Shown here: positions 9,331 through 24,300 of the stretch, in pieces
Position numbering within the stretch: position 1 is the stretch's first letter
How the letters are laid out: every line of letters starts with the position of its first letter
NCBI GenBank assembly: GCA_964016885.1
Contig: OZ024741.1
Span: 7,998,001 to 8,062,000 of the forward strand
Direction: 5' to 3'
Length of the DNA stretch: 64,000 nucleotides
Origin: Eledone cirrhosa
Taxonomy: Eukaryota
Position numbers and translations under genes: made by a program
Notes under the pieces: generated by a model
Databases searched by the model: none
Told to the model about the DNA's origin: nothing
Seen by the model: the letters and a program-made list of their open reading frames with translations, nothing else

Positions 9331-12300
9331 CCCTGTCCAGTACTGGGATAGATTCTCCCTCTATAATCTCATGTTTACCTCTGTCCAGTACTGGGATAGA
9401 TTCTCCCCCTATAATCTCCTGTTTACCCCTGTCAAGTACTGGGAAAGATTCTCCCCCTATAATCTCCTGTTCACCTCTGTCCAGTACTGGGGTAGATTCT
9501 CCCCCTATAATCTCCTGTTTACCCCTGTCCAGTACTGGGATAGATTCTCCCCCTATAATCTCCTGTTTACCCCTGTCAAGTACTGGGAAAGATTCTCCCC
9601 CTATAATCTCCTGTTCACCTCTGTCCAGTACTGGGGTAGATTCTCCCCCTATAATCTCCTGTTTACCCCTGTCCAGTACTGGGATAGATTCTCCCCCTAT
9701 AAACTCTTGTTTACCCCTGTCCAGTACTGGGATAGATTCTCCCCCTATAATCTCCTGTTTACCTCTGTCAGGTACTGGGATAGATTCTCTCCCTATATCT
9801 CCTGTTTACCCCTGTCCAGTACTGGGATAGATTCTCCCCCTATAATCTCCTATTTCCCCTTGTCAGCAACTGGGATAGATTCTCCCCCTATAATCTCCCG
9901 TTTACCCCTGTCCAGTACTGGGATAGATTCCCCCCTATAAACTCTTGTTTACCCCTGTCCAGTACTGGCATAAATTCTCCCCCTATAATCTCCTGTTTAC
10001 CCCTGTCCAGTACTGGGATAGATTCCCCCCTAAAATCTCCTGTTTACCTCTGTCCAGTACTGGGATATATTTCTCCCCCTATAATCTCCTGTTTACCCCT
10101 GTCCGGTACTGGGATAGATTCTTCCCCTATAATCTCCTGTTCACCTCTGTCCAGTTCTGGGATAGATTCTCTCCCTATAATATTCTGTTTACCTCTGTCC
10201 AGTACTGGGATAGAATTTCCCCCTATAATCTCCTGTTTACCCCTGTCCAGTACTGGGATAGATTCTCCCCCTATAATCTCCTGTTTACCCCTCTCCAGTA
10301 CTGGGATAGATTCTCTCCCTATAATCTTCTGTTTACCTCTGTCAGGTACTGGGATAGATTCTCCCCCTATAATCTCCTATTTATCCCTGTCCAGTACTGG
10401 GATAGATTCCCCCCTATAATATCCTGTTTGCCCCTGTCCAGTACTAGGATAGATTCTCCCCCTATAATCTCCTGTTTACCCCTGTCCAGTACTGGGATAG
10501 ATTCTCCCCCTACAATCTCTTGTTCACCCCTGTCCAGTACTGGGATAGATTCTCCCCCTATAATCTCTTGTTCACCCTTGTCCAGTACTGGGATAGATCC
10601 CCCCCAATAGAATCTCCTGTTCACCTCTGTCCAGTACTGGGATAGATTCCCCCCTATAATCTCTTGGTTACGCCTATCCACTACTGGGATAGATTCTCCC
10701 GCTATAATCTCCTGTTTACCCCTGTCCAGTACTGGGATAGATCCTCCCCCTATAATATCTTGTTTACCCCTGTCCAGTACTGGGATAGATTCTCCCCCTA
10801 TAATCTCCTGTTTACCTCTGTCAGGTACTGGGATAGATTCTCTCCCTATAATGTCCTGTTTTCCCCTGTCCAGTACTGGGATAGATTCTCCCCCTATAAT
10901 CTCCTGTTTACCCCTGTCAGGTACTGGGATAGATTCTCTCCCTATAATCTCCTGTTTACCCCTGTCCAGTACTGGGATAGATTCTCCCCCTATAATCTCC
11001 TGTTTACCCCTGTTAGGTACTGGGATAGATTCGCCCCCTATAATCTCCTGTTTACCTCTGTTGGGTACTGGGATAGATTCTCTCCCTATAAAGTCCTGTT
11101 TTCCCCTGTCCAGTACTGGGATAGATTCTCCCCCTATAATCTCCTGTTTACCCCTGTCAGGTACTGGGATAGATTCTCCCTCTATAATCTTCTGTTTACC
11201 TCTGTCATGTACTGAGATAGATCCTCCACCTACAATCTCCTGTTTACCCCTGTCCAGTACTGGGATAGATTCCCGCCTATAAACTCCTGTTTACCTCAGT
11301 CCAGTACTGGGATAATTCTCCCCCTATAATCTTCTCTTTACCTCTGTCCAGTACTGGGATAGATTCTCCCCCTATAATCTCCTGTTTACCTCTGTCAGGT
11401 ACTGGGATAGATTCTCTCCCTATAATGTCCTGTTTTCCCCTGTCCAGTACTGGGATAGATTCTCCCCCTATAATCTCCTGTTTAGCCCTATCAGGTACTG
11501 GGATAGATTCTCTCCCTATAATCTCCTGTTTACCCCTGTCAGGTACTGGGATAGATTCTCTCCCTATAATCTCCTGTTTAACCCTGTCCAGTACTGGGAT
11601 AGATTCTCCCCCTATAATCTCCTGTTTACCACTGTCAGGTACTGGGATAGATTCTCCCCCTATAATCTCCTGTTCACCCCTGTCCAGTACTGGGATAGAT
11701 TCTCCCCCTATAATCTCCTGTTTACCCCTGTCCAGTACTAGGATAGATTCTCCCCCTATAAACTCTTGTTTACCCCTGTCCAGTACTGGGATAGATTCTC
11801 CCCCTATAATCTCCTGTTTACCCCTGTCCAGTACTGGGATAGATTCCCCCCTAAAATCTCCTGTTTACCTCTGTCCAGTACTGGGATAGATTCTCACCCT
11901 ATAATCTCTTGTTTACCCCTGTCAGCTACTGGGATAGATTCTCCCCCTATAATCTCCTGTTTACCTCTGTCAGGTACTGGGATAGATTCTCCCCTTATAA
12001 TCTCCTGTTTATCTCTGTCCAGTACTGGGATAGATTCTCCCCCTATAATCTCTTGTTTACTCCTGTCCAGTACTGGGATAGATTCTCCCCCTATAATCTC
12101 CTGTTTACCCCTGCCAGTACTGGGATAGATTCTCCCCCTATAATCTCTTGTTTACCCCTGTCCAGTACTGGGATAGATTCTCCCCCTATAATCTCCTGTT
12201 TACCTCTGTCCAGTACTGTGATAGATTCTCACCCTATAATCTCCTGTTTACCCTTGTTCAGTACTGGGATAGATTCTCCCCCTATAATCTCCTGTTTACC

Positions 12301-15300
12301 CTTGTTAGGTACTGGGATAGATTCTCTCCTTATAATCTCCTGTTTACCCCTGTCATGTACTGGGATAGATTCTCTCCCTATAATCTCCTGTTTACCCCTG
12401 TCCAGTACTGGGATAGATTCTCCCCCTATAATCTCCTGTTTACCCTTGTCAGGTACTGGGATAGATTCGCCCCCTATAATCTCCTGTTTACCTCTGTCGG
12501 GTACTGGATTAGATTCTCTCCCTATAAAGTCCTGTTTTCCCCTGTCCAGTACTGGGATAGATTCTCCCCCTATAATCTCCTGTTTACCCCTGCCAGGTAC
12601 TGGGATAGATTCTCCCTCTATAATCTTCTGTTTACCTCTGTCATGTACTGAGATAGATACTCCCCCTACAATCTCCTGTTTACCTCAGTCCAGTACTGGG
12701 ATAGATTCCCGCCTATAAACTCCTGTTTACCTCTGTCAGGTACTGGGATAGATTCTCCCCCTATAATCTCCTGTTAACCTCTGTCCAATACTGGGATAGA
12801 TTCTCCCCCTATAATCTCTTGTTTACCCCTGTCCAGTACTGGGATAGATTCTCCCCCTATAATCTCCTGTTTATCCCTGTCCAGTACTGGGATAGATTCT
12901 CCCCCTATAATCTCCTGTTTACCTCTGTCCAGTACTGTGATAGATTCTCCCCCTATAATCTCCTGTTTACCCTTGTTCATTACTGGGATAGATTCCCCCC
13001 TATAATCTCCTGTTCACCTCTCTCCAGTACTGGGATAGATTCTCCCCCTATAATCTCTTGTTTACCCCTGTCCAGTACTGGGATAGATTCTAACCCTATA
13101 ATCTCCTGCTTATCCCTGTCCAGTACTGGGATAGATTCTCCCCCTATAATCTCCTGTTTACCTCAGTCCAGTACTGGGATAATTCTCCCCCTATAATCTT
13201 CTCTTTACCTCTGTCCAGTACTGGGATAGATTCTCCCCCTATAATCTCCTGTTTACCTCTGTCCAGTACTGGGATAGATTCTCCCCCTATAATCTCCTGT
13301 TTACCTCTGTCAGGTACTGGGATAGATTCTCTCCCTATAATGTCCTGTTTTTCCCTGTCCAGTACTATGATAGATTCTCCCCTTATAATCTCCTGTTTAC
13401 CCCTGTCAGGTACTGGGATAGATTCTCTCCCTATAATCTCCTGTTTACCCCTGTCAGGTACTGGGATAGATTCTCTCCCTATAATCTCCTGTTTACCCCT
13501 GTCCAGTACTGGGATAGATTCTCCCCCTATAATCTCCTGTTTACCTCTGTCAGGTACTGGGATAGATTCGCCCCCTACAATCTCCTGTTCACCCCTGTCC
13601 AGTACTGGGATAGATTCTCCCCCTATAATCTCCTGTTTACCCCTGTCCAGTACTAGGATAGATTCTCCCCCTATAAACTCTTGTTTACCCCTGTCCAGTA
13701 CTGGGATAGATTCTCCCCCTATAATCTCCTGTTTACCCCTGTCCAGTACTGGGATAGATTCCCCCCTAAAATCTCCTGTTTACCTCTGTCCAGTACTGGG
13801 ATAGATTCTCACCCTATAATCTCCTGTTTACCCCTGTCCAGTACTGGGATAGATTCTCCCCCTATAATCTCCTGTCTACCTCTGTCAGGTACTGGGATAG
13901 ATTCTCCCCTTATAATCTCCTGTTTATCTCTGTCCAGTACTGGGATAGATTCTCCCCCTATAATCTATTGTTTACCCCTGTCCAGTACTGGGATAGATTC
14001 TCCCCCTATAATCTCCTGTTTACCCTTGCCAGTACTGGGATAGATTCTCCCCCTATAATCTCTTGTTTACCCCTGTCCAGTACTGGGATAGATTCTCCAC
14101 CTATAATCTCCTGTTTACCTCTGTCCAGTACTGTGATAGATTCTCACCCTATAATCTCCTGTTTACCCTTGTTCAGTACTGGGATAGATTCTCCCCCTAT
14201 AATCTCCTGTTTACCTCTGTCAGGTACTGGGATAGATTCTCTCCCTATATCTCCTGTTTACCCCTGTCCAGTACTGGGATAGATTCTCCCCCTATAATCT
14301 GCTATTTACCCCTGTCAGCTACTGGGATAGATTCTCCCCCTATAATCTCCCGTTTACCCCTGTCCAGTACTGGGATAGATTCTGCCCCTATAAACTCTTG
14401 TTTACCCCTGTCCAGTACTGGCATAGATTCTCCCCCTATAATCTCCTGTTTACCCCTGTCCAATACTGGGATAGATTCCCCCCTAAATTCTCCTGTTTAC
14501 CCCTGTCCAGTACTGGGCTAGATTCTCCCCCTATAATCTCCTGTTTACCCCTGTCCGGTAATGGGATAGATTCTTCCCCTATAATCTCCTGTTCACCTCT
14601 GTCCAGTACTGGGATAGATTCTCCCCCTATAATATTCTGTTTACCTCTGTCCAGTACTGGGATAGATTCTCCCCCTATAATCTCCTGTTTACCTCTGTCC
14701 AGTACAGGGATAGATTCTCACCCTATAATCTCCTGTTTACCTCTGTCGGGTACTGGGATAGATTCTCTCCCTATAAAGTCCTGTTTTCCCCTGTCCAGTA
14801 CTGGGATAGATTCTCCCCCTATAATCTCCTGTTTACCCCTGTCAGGTACTGGGATAGATTCTCCCTCTATAATATTGTGTTTACCTCTGTGTTGTACTGA
14901 GATAGATCCTCCCCCTACAATCTCCTGTTTACCCCTGTCCAGTACTGGGATAGATTCCCCCCTATAAACTCCTGTTTACCTCTGTCAGGTACTGGGATAG
15001 ATTCTCCCCCTATAATCTCCTGTTCACCTCTGTCCAGTACTGGGATAGATTCTCCCCATATAATCTCTTGTTTACCCCTGTCCAGTACTGGGATAGATTC
15101 TCCCCCTATAATCTCCTGTTTATCCCTGTCCAGTACTGGGATAGATTCTCCCCCTACAATCTCCTGTTTACCTCAGTCCAGTACTGGGATAATTCTCCCC
15201 CTATAATCTTCTCTTTACCTCTGTCCAGTACTGGGATATATTCTCCCCCTATAATCTCCTGTTTACCTCTGTCCAGTACTGTGATAGATTCTCCCCCTAT

Positions 15301-18300
15301 AATCTCCTGTTTACCCTTGTTCAGTACTGGGATAGATTCCCCCCCTATAATCTCCTGTTCACCTCAGTCCAGTACTGGGATAGATTCTCCCCCTATAATC
15401 TCTTGTTTACCCCTGTCCAGTACTGGGATAGATTCTCCCCCTATAATCTCCTGTTTATCCCTGTCCAGTACTGGGATAGATCCTCACCCTATAATCTCCT
15501 GTTTAACTCAGTCCAGTACTGGGATAATTCTCCCCCTATAATCTTCTCTTTACCTCTGTCCAGTACTGGGATAGATTCTCCCCCTATAATCTCCTGTTTA
15601 CCTCTGTCCAGTACTGGGATAGATTCTCCCCCTATAATCTCCTGTTTACCTGTGTCAGGTACTGGGATAGATTCTCTCCCTATAATGTCCTGTTTTCCCC
15701 TGTCCAGTACTGGGATAGATTCTACCCCTATAATCTCCTGTTTACCCCTGTCAGGTACTGGGATAGATTCTCTCCCTATAATCTCCTGTTTACCCCTGTC
15801 AGGTACTGGGATAGATTCTCTCCCTATAATCTCCTGTTTACCCCTGTCCAGTACTGGGATAGATTCTCCCCCTATAATCTCCTGTTTACCTCTGTCAGGT
15901 ACTGGGATAGATTCGCCCCCTATAATATCCTGTTCACCCCTGTCCAGTACTGGGATAGATTCTCCCCCTATAATCTCCTGTTTACCCCTGTCCAGTACTA
16001 GGATAGATTCTCCCCCTATAATCTATTGTTTACCTCAGTCCAGTACTGGGATAATTCTCCCCCTATAATCTTCTCTTTACCTCTGTCCAGTACTGGGATA
16101 GATTCTCCCCCTATAATCTCCTGTTTACCTCTGTCCAGTACTGGGATAGATTCTCCCCCTATAATCTCCTGTTTACGTCTGTCAGGTAGTGGGATAGATT
16201 CTCTCCCTATAATGTCCTGTTTTCCCCTGTCCAGTACTATGATAGATTCTCCCCTTATAATCTCCTGTTTACCCCTGTCAGGTTCTGGGATAGATTCTCT
16301 CCCTATAATCTCCTGTTTACCCCTGTCAGGTACTGGGATAGATTCTCTCCCTATAATCTCCTGTTTACCCCTGTCCAGTACTGGGATAGATTCTCCCCCT
16401 ATAATCTCCTGTTCACCCCTGTCCAGTACTGGGATAGATTCTCCCCCTATAATCTCCTGTTTACCCCTGTCCAGTACTAGGATAGATTCTCCCCCTATAA
16501 ACTCTTGTTTACCCCTGTCCAGTACTGGGATAGATTCTCCCTCTATAATCTCCTGTTTACCCCTGTCCAGTACTGGGATAGATTCCCCCCTAAAATCTCC
16601 TGTTTACCTCTGTCCAGTACTGGGATAGATTCTCACCCTATAATCTCCTGTTTACCTCTGTCAGGTACTGGCATAGATTCTCCCCTTATAATCTCCTGTT
16701 TATCTCTGTCCAGCACTGGGATAGATTCTCCCCCTATAATCTATTGTTTACCTCAGTCCAGTACTGGGATAATTCTCCCCCTATAATCTTCTCTTTACCT
16801 CTGTCCAGTACTGGGATAGATTCTCACCCTATAATCTCCTGTTTACCTCTGTCAGGTACTGGCATAGATTCTCCCCTTATAATCTCCTGTTTATCTCTGT
16901 CCAGCACTGGGATAGATTCTCCCCCTATAATCTATTGTTTACCTCAGTCCAGTACTGGGATAATTCTCCCCCTATAATCTTCTCTTTACCTCTGTCCAGT
17001 ACTGTGATAGATTCTCACCCTATAATCTCCTGTTTACCCTTGTTCAGTACTGGGATAGATTCTCCCCCTATAATCTCCTGTTTACCTCTGTCAGGTACTG
17101 TGATAGATTCTCACCCTATAATCTCCTGTTTACCCCTGTCCAGTACTAGGATAGATTCTCACCCTATAATCTCCTGTTTACCCCTGTCCGGTACTGGGAT
17201 AGATTCTTCCCGTATAATCTCCTGTTTATCTCTGTCCAGTACTGGGATAGATTCTCCCCCTATAATCTCCTGTTTACCTCTGTCAGGCACTGGGATAGAT
17301 TCTCCCCTTATAATCTCCTGTTTATCTCTGTCCAGTACTGGGATAGATTCTCCCCCTATAAACTCTTGTTTACCCCTGTCCAGTACTGGGATAGATTCTC
17401 CCCCTATAATCTCCTGTTTACCTCTGTCAGGTACTGGCATAGATTCTCCCCTTATAATCTCCTGTTTATCTCTGTCCAGCACTGGGATAGATTCTCCCCC
17501 TATAATCTATTGTTTACCTCAGTCCAGTACTGGGATAATTCTCCCCCTATAATCTTCTCTTTACCTCTGTCCAGTACTGGGATAGATTCTCCCCCTATAA
17601 TCTCCTGTTTACCTCTGTCCAGTACTGGGATAGATTCTCCCCCTATAATCTCCTGTTTACCTCTGTCAGGTACTGGGATAGATTCTCTCCCTATAATGTC
17701 CTGTTTTCCCCTGTCCAGTACTATGATAGATTCTCCCCTTATAATCTCCTGTTTACCCCTGTCAGGTACTGGGATAGATTCTCTCTCTATAATCTCCTGT
17801 TTACCCCTGTCAGGTACTGGGATAGATTCTCTCCCTATAATCTCCTGTTTACCCCTGTCCAGTACTGGGATAGATTCTCCCCCTATAATCTCCTGTTTAC
17901 CTCTGTCAGGTACTGGGATAGATTCGCCCCCTATAATCTCCTGTTCACCCCTGTCCAGTACTGGGATAGATTCTCCCCCTATAATCTCCTGTTCACCCCT
18001 GTCCAGTACTGGGATAGATTCTCCCCCTATAATCTCCTGTTTACCTCTGTCCAGTACTGTGATAGATTCTCACCCTATAATCTCCTGTTTACCCTTGTTC
18101 AGTACTGGGATAGATTCTCCCCCTATAATCTCCTGTTTACCTCTGTCAGGTACTGGGATAGATTCTCTCCCTATATCTCCTGTTTACCCCTGTCCAGTAC
18201 TGGGATAGATTCTCCCCCTATAATCTGCTATTTACCCCTGTCAGCTACTGGGATAGATTCTCCCCCTATAATCTCCCGTTTACCCCTGTCCAGTACTGGG

Positions 18301-21300
18301 ATAGATTCTGCCCCTATAAACTCTTGTTTACCCCTGTCCAGTACTGGCATAGATTCTCCCCCTATAATCTCCTGTTTACCCCTGTCCAATACTGGGATAG
18401 ATTCCCCCCTAAAATCTCCTGTTTACCCCTGTCCAGTACTGGGCTAGATTCTCCCCCTATAATCTCCTGTTTACCCCTGTCCGGTAATGGGATAGATTCT
18501 TCCCCTATAATCTCCTGTTCACCTCTGTCCAGTACTGGGATAGATTCTACCCCTATAATATTCTGTTTACCTCTGTCCAGTACTGGGATAGATTCTCCCC
18601 CTATAATCTCCTGTTTACCTCTGTCCAGTACAGGGATAGATTCTCACCCTATAATCTCCTGTTTACCTCTGTCGGGTACTGGGATAGATTCTCTCCCTAT
18701 AAAGTCCTGTTTCCCCCTGTCCAGTACTGGGATAGATTCTCCCCCTATAATCTCCTGTTTACCCCTGTCAGGTACTGGGATAGATTCTCCCTCTATAATA
18801 TTGTGTTTACCTCTGTCATGTACTGAGATAGATCCTCCCCCTACAATCTCCTGTTTACCCCTGTCCAGTACTGGGATAGATACCCCCCTATAAACTCCTG
18901 TTTACCTCTGTCAGGTCCTGGGATAGATTCTCCCCCTATAATCTCCTGTTCCCCTCTGTCCAGTACTGGGATAGATTCTCCCCATATAATCTCTTGTTTA
19001 CCCCTGTCCAGTACTGGGATAGATTCTCCCCCTATAATCTCCTGTTTATCCCTGTCCAGTACTGGGATAGATTCTCCCCCTACAATCTCCTGTTTACCTC
19101 AGTCCAGTACTGGGATAATTCTCCCCCTATAATCTTCTCTTTACCTCTGTCCAGTACTGGGATATATTCTCCCCCTATAATCTCCTGTTTACCTCTGTCC
19201 AGTACTGTGATAGATTCTCCCCCTATAATCTCCTGTTTACCCTTGTTCAGTACTGGGATAGATTCCCCCCCTATAATCTCCTGTTCACCTCAGTCCAGTA
19301 CTGGGATAGATTCTCCCCCTATAATCTCTTGTTTACCCCTCTCCAGTACTGGGATAGATTCTCCCCCTATAATCTCCTGTTTATCCCTGTCCAGTACTGG
19401 GATAGATTCTCACCCTATAATCTCCTGTTTAACTCAGTCCAGTACTGGGATAATTCTCCCCCTATAATCTTCTCTTTACCTCTGTCCAGTACTGGGATAG
19501 ATTCTCCCCCTATAATCTCCTGTTTACCTCTGTCCAGTACTGGGATAGATTCTCCCCCTATAATCTCCTGTTTACCTGTGTCAGGTACTGGGATAGATTC
19601 TCTCCCTATAATGTCCTGTTTTCCCCTGTCCAGTACTGGGATAGATTCTACCCCTATAATCTCCTGTTTACCCCTGTCAGGTACTGGGATAGATTCTCTC
19701 CCTATAATCTCCTGTTTACCCCTGTCAGGTACTGGGATAGATTCTCTCCCTATAATCTCCTGTTTACCCCTGTCCAGTACTGGGATAGATTCTCCCTCTA
19801 TAATCTCCTGTTTACCTCTGTCAGGTACTGGGATAGATTCGCCCCCTATAATATCCTGTTCACCCCTGTCCAGTACTGGGATAGATTCTCCCCCTATAAT
19901 CTCCTGTTTACCCCTGTCCAGTACTAGGATAGATTCTCCCCCTATAAACTCTTGTTTACCCCTGTCCAGTACTGGGATAGATTCTCCCCCTATAATCTCC
20001 TGTTTACCCCTGTCCAGTACTGGGATAGATTCCCCCCTAAAATCTCCTGTTTACCCCTGTCCAGTACTGGGATAGATTCTCCCCTTATAATCTCCTGTTT
20101 ATCTCTGTCCAGTACTGGGATAGATTCTCCCCCTATAATCTCCTGTTTACCCCTGTCCAGTACTGGGATAGATTCTCCCCTTATAATCTCCTGTTTATCT
20201 CTGTCCAGTACTGGGATAGATTCTCCCCCTATAAACTCTTGTTTACCCCTGTCCAGTACTGGGATAGATTCTCCCCCTATAATCTCCTGTTTACCTCTGT
20301 CAGGTACTGGCATAGATTCTCCCCTTATAATCTCCTGTTTATCTCTGTCCAGCACTGGGATAGATTCTCCCCCTATAATCTATTGTTTACCTCAGTCCAG
20401 TACTGGGATAATTCTCCCCCTATAATCTTCTCTTTACCTCTGTCCAGTACTGGGATAGATTCTCCCCCTATAATCTCCTGTTTACCTCTGTCCAGTACTG
20501 GGATAGATTCTCCCCCTATAATCTCCTGTTTACCCCTGTCAGGTACTGGGATAGATTCTCTCCCTATAATCTCCTGTTTACCCCTGTCAGGTACTGGGAT
20601 AGATTCTCTCCCTATAATCTCCTGTTTACCCCTGTCCAGTACTGGGATAGATTCTCCCCCTATAATCTCCTGTTTACCTCTGTCAGGTACTGGGAGAGAT
20701 TCGCCCCCTATAATCTCCTGTTCACCCCTGTCCAGTACTGGGATAGATTCTCCCCCTATAATCTCCTGTTTACCCCTGTCCAGTACTAGGATAGATTCTC
20801 CCCCTATAAACTCTTGTTTACCCCTGTCAAGTACTGGGATAGATTCTCCCTCTATAATCTCCTGTTTACACCTGTCCAGTACTGGGATAGATTCCCCCCT
20901 AAAATCTCCTGTTTACCTCTGTCCAGTACTGGGATAGATTCTCACCCTATAATCTCCTGTTTACCCCTGTCCAGTACTGGGATAGATTCTCCCCCTATAA
21001 TCTCCTGTTTACCTCTGTCAGGTACTGGGATAGATTCTCCCCTTATAATCTCCTGTTTATCTCTGTCCAGTACTGGGATAGATTCTCCCCCTATAATCTC
21101 CTGTTTACCCCTGTCCAGTACTGGGATAGATTCTCCCACTATAATCTCCTGTTCACCCCTGTCCGGTACTGGGATAGATTCTTCCCGTATAATCTCCTGT
21201 TTATCTCTGTCCAGTACTGGGATAGATTCTCCCCCTATAATCTCCTGTTTATCTCTGTCAGGTACTGGGATAGATTCTCCCCTTATAATCTCCTGTTTAT

Positions 21301-24300
21301 CTCTGTCCAGCACTGGGATAGATTCTCCCCCTATAATCTATTGTTTACCTCAGTCCAGTACTGGGATAATTCTCCCCCTATAATCTTCTCTTTACCTCTG
21401 TCCAGTACTGGGATAGATTCTCCCCCTATAATCTCCTGTTTACCTCTGTGCAGTACTGGGATAGATTCTCCCCCTATAATCTCCTGTTTACCTCTGTCAG
21501 GTACTGGGATAGATTCTCTCCCTATAATGTCCTGTTTTCCCCTGTCCAGTACTATGATAGATTCTCCCCTTATAATCTCCTGTTTACCCCTGTCAGGTAC
21601 TGGGATAGATTCTCTCCCTATAATCTCCTGTTTACCCCTGTCAGGTACTGGGATAGATTCTCTCCCTATAATCTCCTGTTTACCCCTGTCCAGTACTGGG
21701 ATAGATTCTCCCCCTATAATCTCCTATTTACCTCTGTCAGGTACTGGGATAGATTCGCCCCCTATAATCTCCTGTTCACCCCTGTCCAGTACTGGGATAG
21801 ATTCTCCCCCTATAATCTCCTGTTTACCCCTGTCCAGTACTAGGATAGATTCTCCCCCTATAAACTCTTGTTTACCCCTGTCCAGTACTGGGATAGATTC
21901 TCCCCCTATAATCTCCTGTTTACCCCTGTCCAGTACTGGGATAGATTCCCCCCTAAAATCTCCTGTTTACCTCTGTCCAGTACTGGGATAGATTCTCACC
22001 CTATAATCTCCTGTTTACCCCTGTCCAGTACTGGGATAGATTCTCCCCCTATAATCTCCTGTTTACCTCTGTCAGGTACTGGGATAGATTCTCCCCTTAT
22101 AATCTCCTGTTTATCTCTGTCCAGTACTGGGATAGATTCTCCCCCTATAATCTCCTGTTTACCCTTGTTCAGTACTGGGATAGATTCTCCACCTATAATC
22201 TCCTGTTTACCTCTGTCAGGTACTGGGATAGATTCTCTCCCTATATCTCCTGTTTACCCCTGTCCAGTACTGGGATAGATTCTCCCCCTATAATCTCCTA
22301 TTTACCCCTGTCAGCTACCCGGGATAGATTCTCCCCCTATAATCTCCCGTTTACCCCTGTCCAGTACTGGGATAGATTCTGCCCCTATAAACTCTTGTTT
22401 ACCCCTGTCCAGTACTGGCATAGATTCTCCCCCTATAAACTCCTGTTTACCCCTGTCCAATACTGGGATAGATTCCCCCCTAAAATCTCCTGTTTACCCC
22501 TGTCCAGTACTGGGATAGATTCTCCCCCTATAATCTCCTGTTTACCCCTGTCCGGTAATGGGATAGATTCTTCCCCTATAATCTCCTGTTCACCTCTGTC
22601 CAGTACTCGGATAGATTCTCCCCCTATAATATTCTGTTTACCTCTGTCCAGTACTGGGATAGATTCTCCCCCTATAATCTCCTGTTTACCCCTGTCAGGT
22701 ACTGGGATAGATTCTCCCTCTATAATATTGTGTTTACCTCTGTCATGTACTGAGATAGATCCTCCCCCTACAATCTCCTGTTTACCCCTGTCCAGTACTG
22801 GGATAGATACCCCCCTATAAACTCCTGTTTACCTCTGTCAGGTCCTGGGATAGATTCTCCCCCTATAATCTCCTGTTCCCCTCTGTCCAGTACTGGGATA
22901 GATTCTCCCCATATAATCTCTTGTTTACCCCTGTCCAGTACTGGGATAGATTCTCCCCCTATAATCTCCTGTTTATCCCTGTCCAGTACTGGGATAGATT
23001 CTCCCCCTACAATCTCCTGTTTACCTCAGTCCAGTACTGGGATAATTCTCCCCCTATAATCTTCTCTTTACCTCTGTCCAGTACTGGGATATATTCTCCC
23101 CCTATAATCTCCTGTTTACCTCTGTCCAGTACTGTGATAGATTCTCCCCCTATAATCTCCTGTTTACCCTTGTTCAGTACTGGGATAGATTCCCCCCCTA
23201 TAATCTCCTGTTCACCTCAGTCCAGTACTGGGATAGATTCTCCCCCTATAATCTCTTGTTTACCCCTGTCCAGTACTGGGATAGATTCTCCCCCTATAAT
23301 CTCCTGTTTATCCCTGTCCAGTACTGGGATAGATTCTCACCCTATAATCTCCTGTTTAACTCAGTCCAGTACTGGGATAATTCTCCCCCTATAATCTTCT
23401 CTTTACCTCTGTCCAGTACTGGGATAGATTCTCCCCCTATAATCTCCTGTTTACCTCTGTCCAGTACTGGGATAGATTCTCCCCCTATAATCTCCTGTTT
23501 ACCTGTGTCAGGTACTGGGATAGATTCTCTCCCTATAATGTCCTGTTTTCCCCTGTCCAGTACTGGGATAGATTCTACCCCTATAATCTCCTGTTTACCC
23601 CTGTCAGGTACTGGGATAGATTCTCTCCCTATAATCTCCTGTTTACCCCTGTCAGGTACTGGGATAGATTCTCTCCCTATAATCTCCTGTTTACCCCTGT
23701 CCAGTACTGGGATAGATTCTCCCTCTATAATCTCCTGTTTACCTCTGTCAGGTACTGGGATAGATTCGCCCCCTATAATATCCTGTTCACCCCTGTCCAG
23801 TACTGGGATAGATTCTCCCCCTATAATCTCCTGTTTACCCCTGTCCAGTACTAGGATAGATTCTCCCCCTATAAACTCTTGTTTACCCCTGTCCAGTACT
23901 GGGATAGATTCTCCCCCTATAATCTCCTGTTTACCCCTGTCCAGTACTGGGATAGATTCCCCCCTAAAATCTCCTGTTTACCTCTGTCCAGTACTGGGAT
24001 AGATTCTCCCCTTATAATCTCCTGTTTATCTCTGTCCAGTACTGGGATAGATTCTCCCCCTATAAACTCTTGTTTACCCCTGTCCAGTACTGGGATAGAT
24101 TCTCCCCCTATAATCTCCTGTTTACCTCTGTCAGGTACTGGCATAGATTCTCCCCTTATAATCTCCTGTTTATCTCTGTCCAGCACTGGGATAGATTCTC
24201 CCCCTATAATCTATTGTTTACCTCAGTCCAGTACTGGGATAATTCTCCCCCTATAATCTTCTCTTTACCTCTGTCCAGTACTGGGATAGATTCTCCCCCT

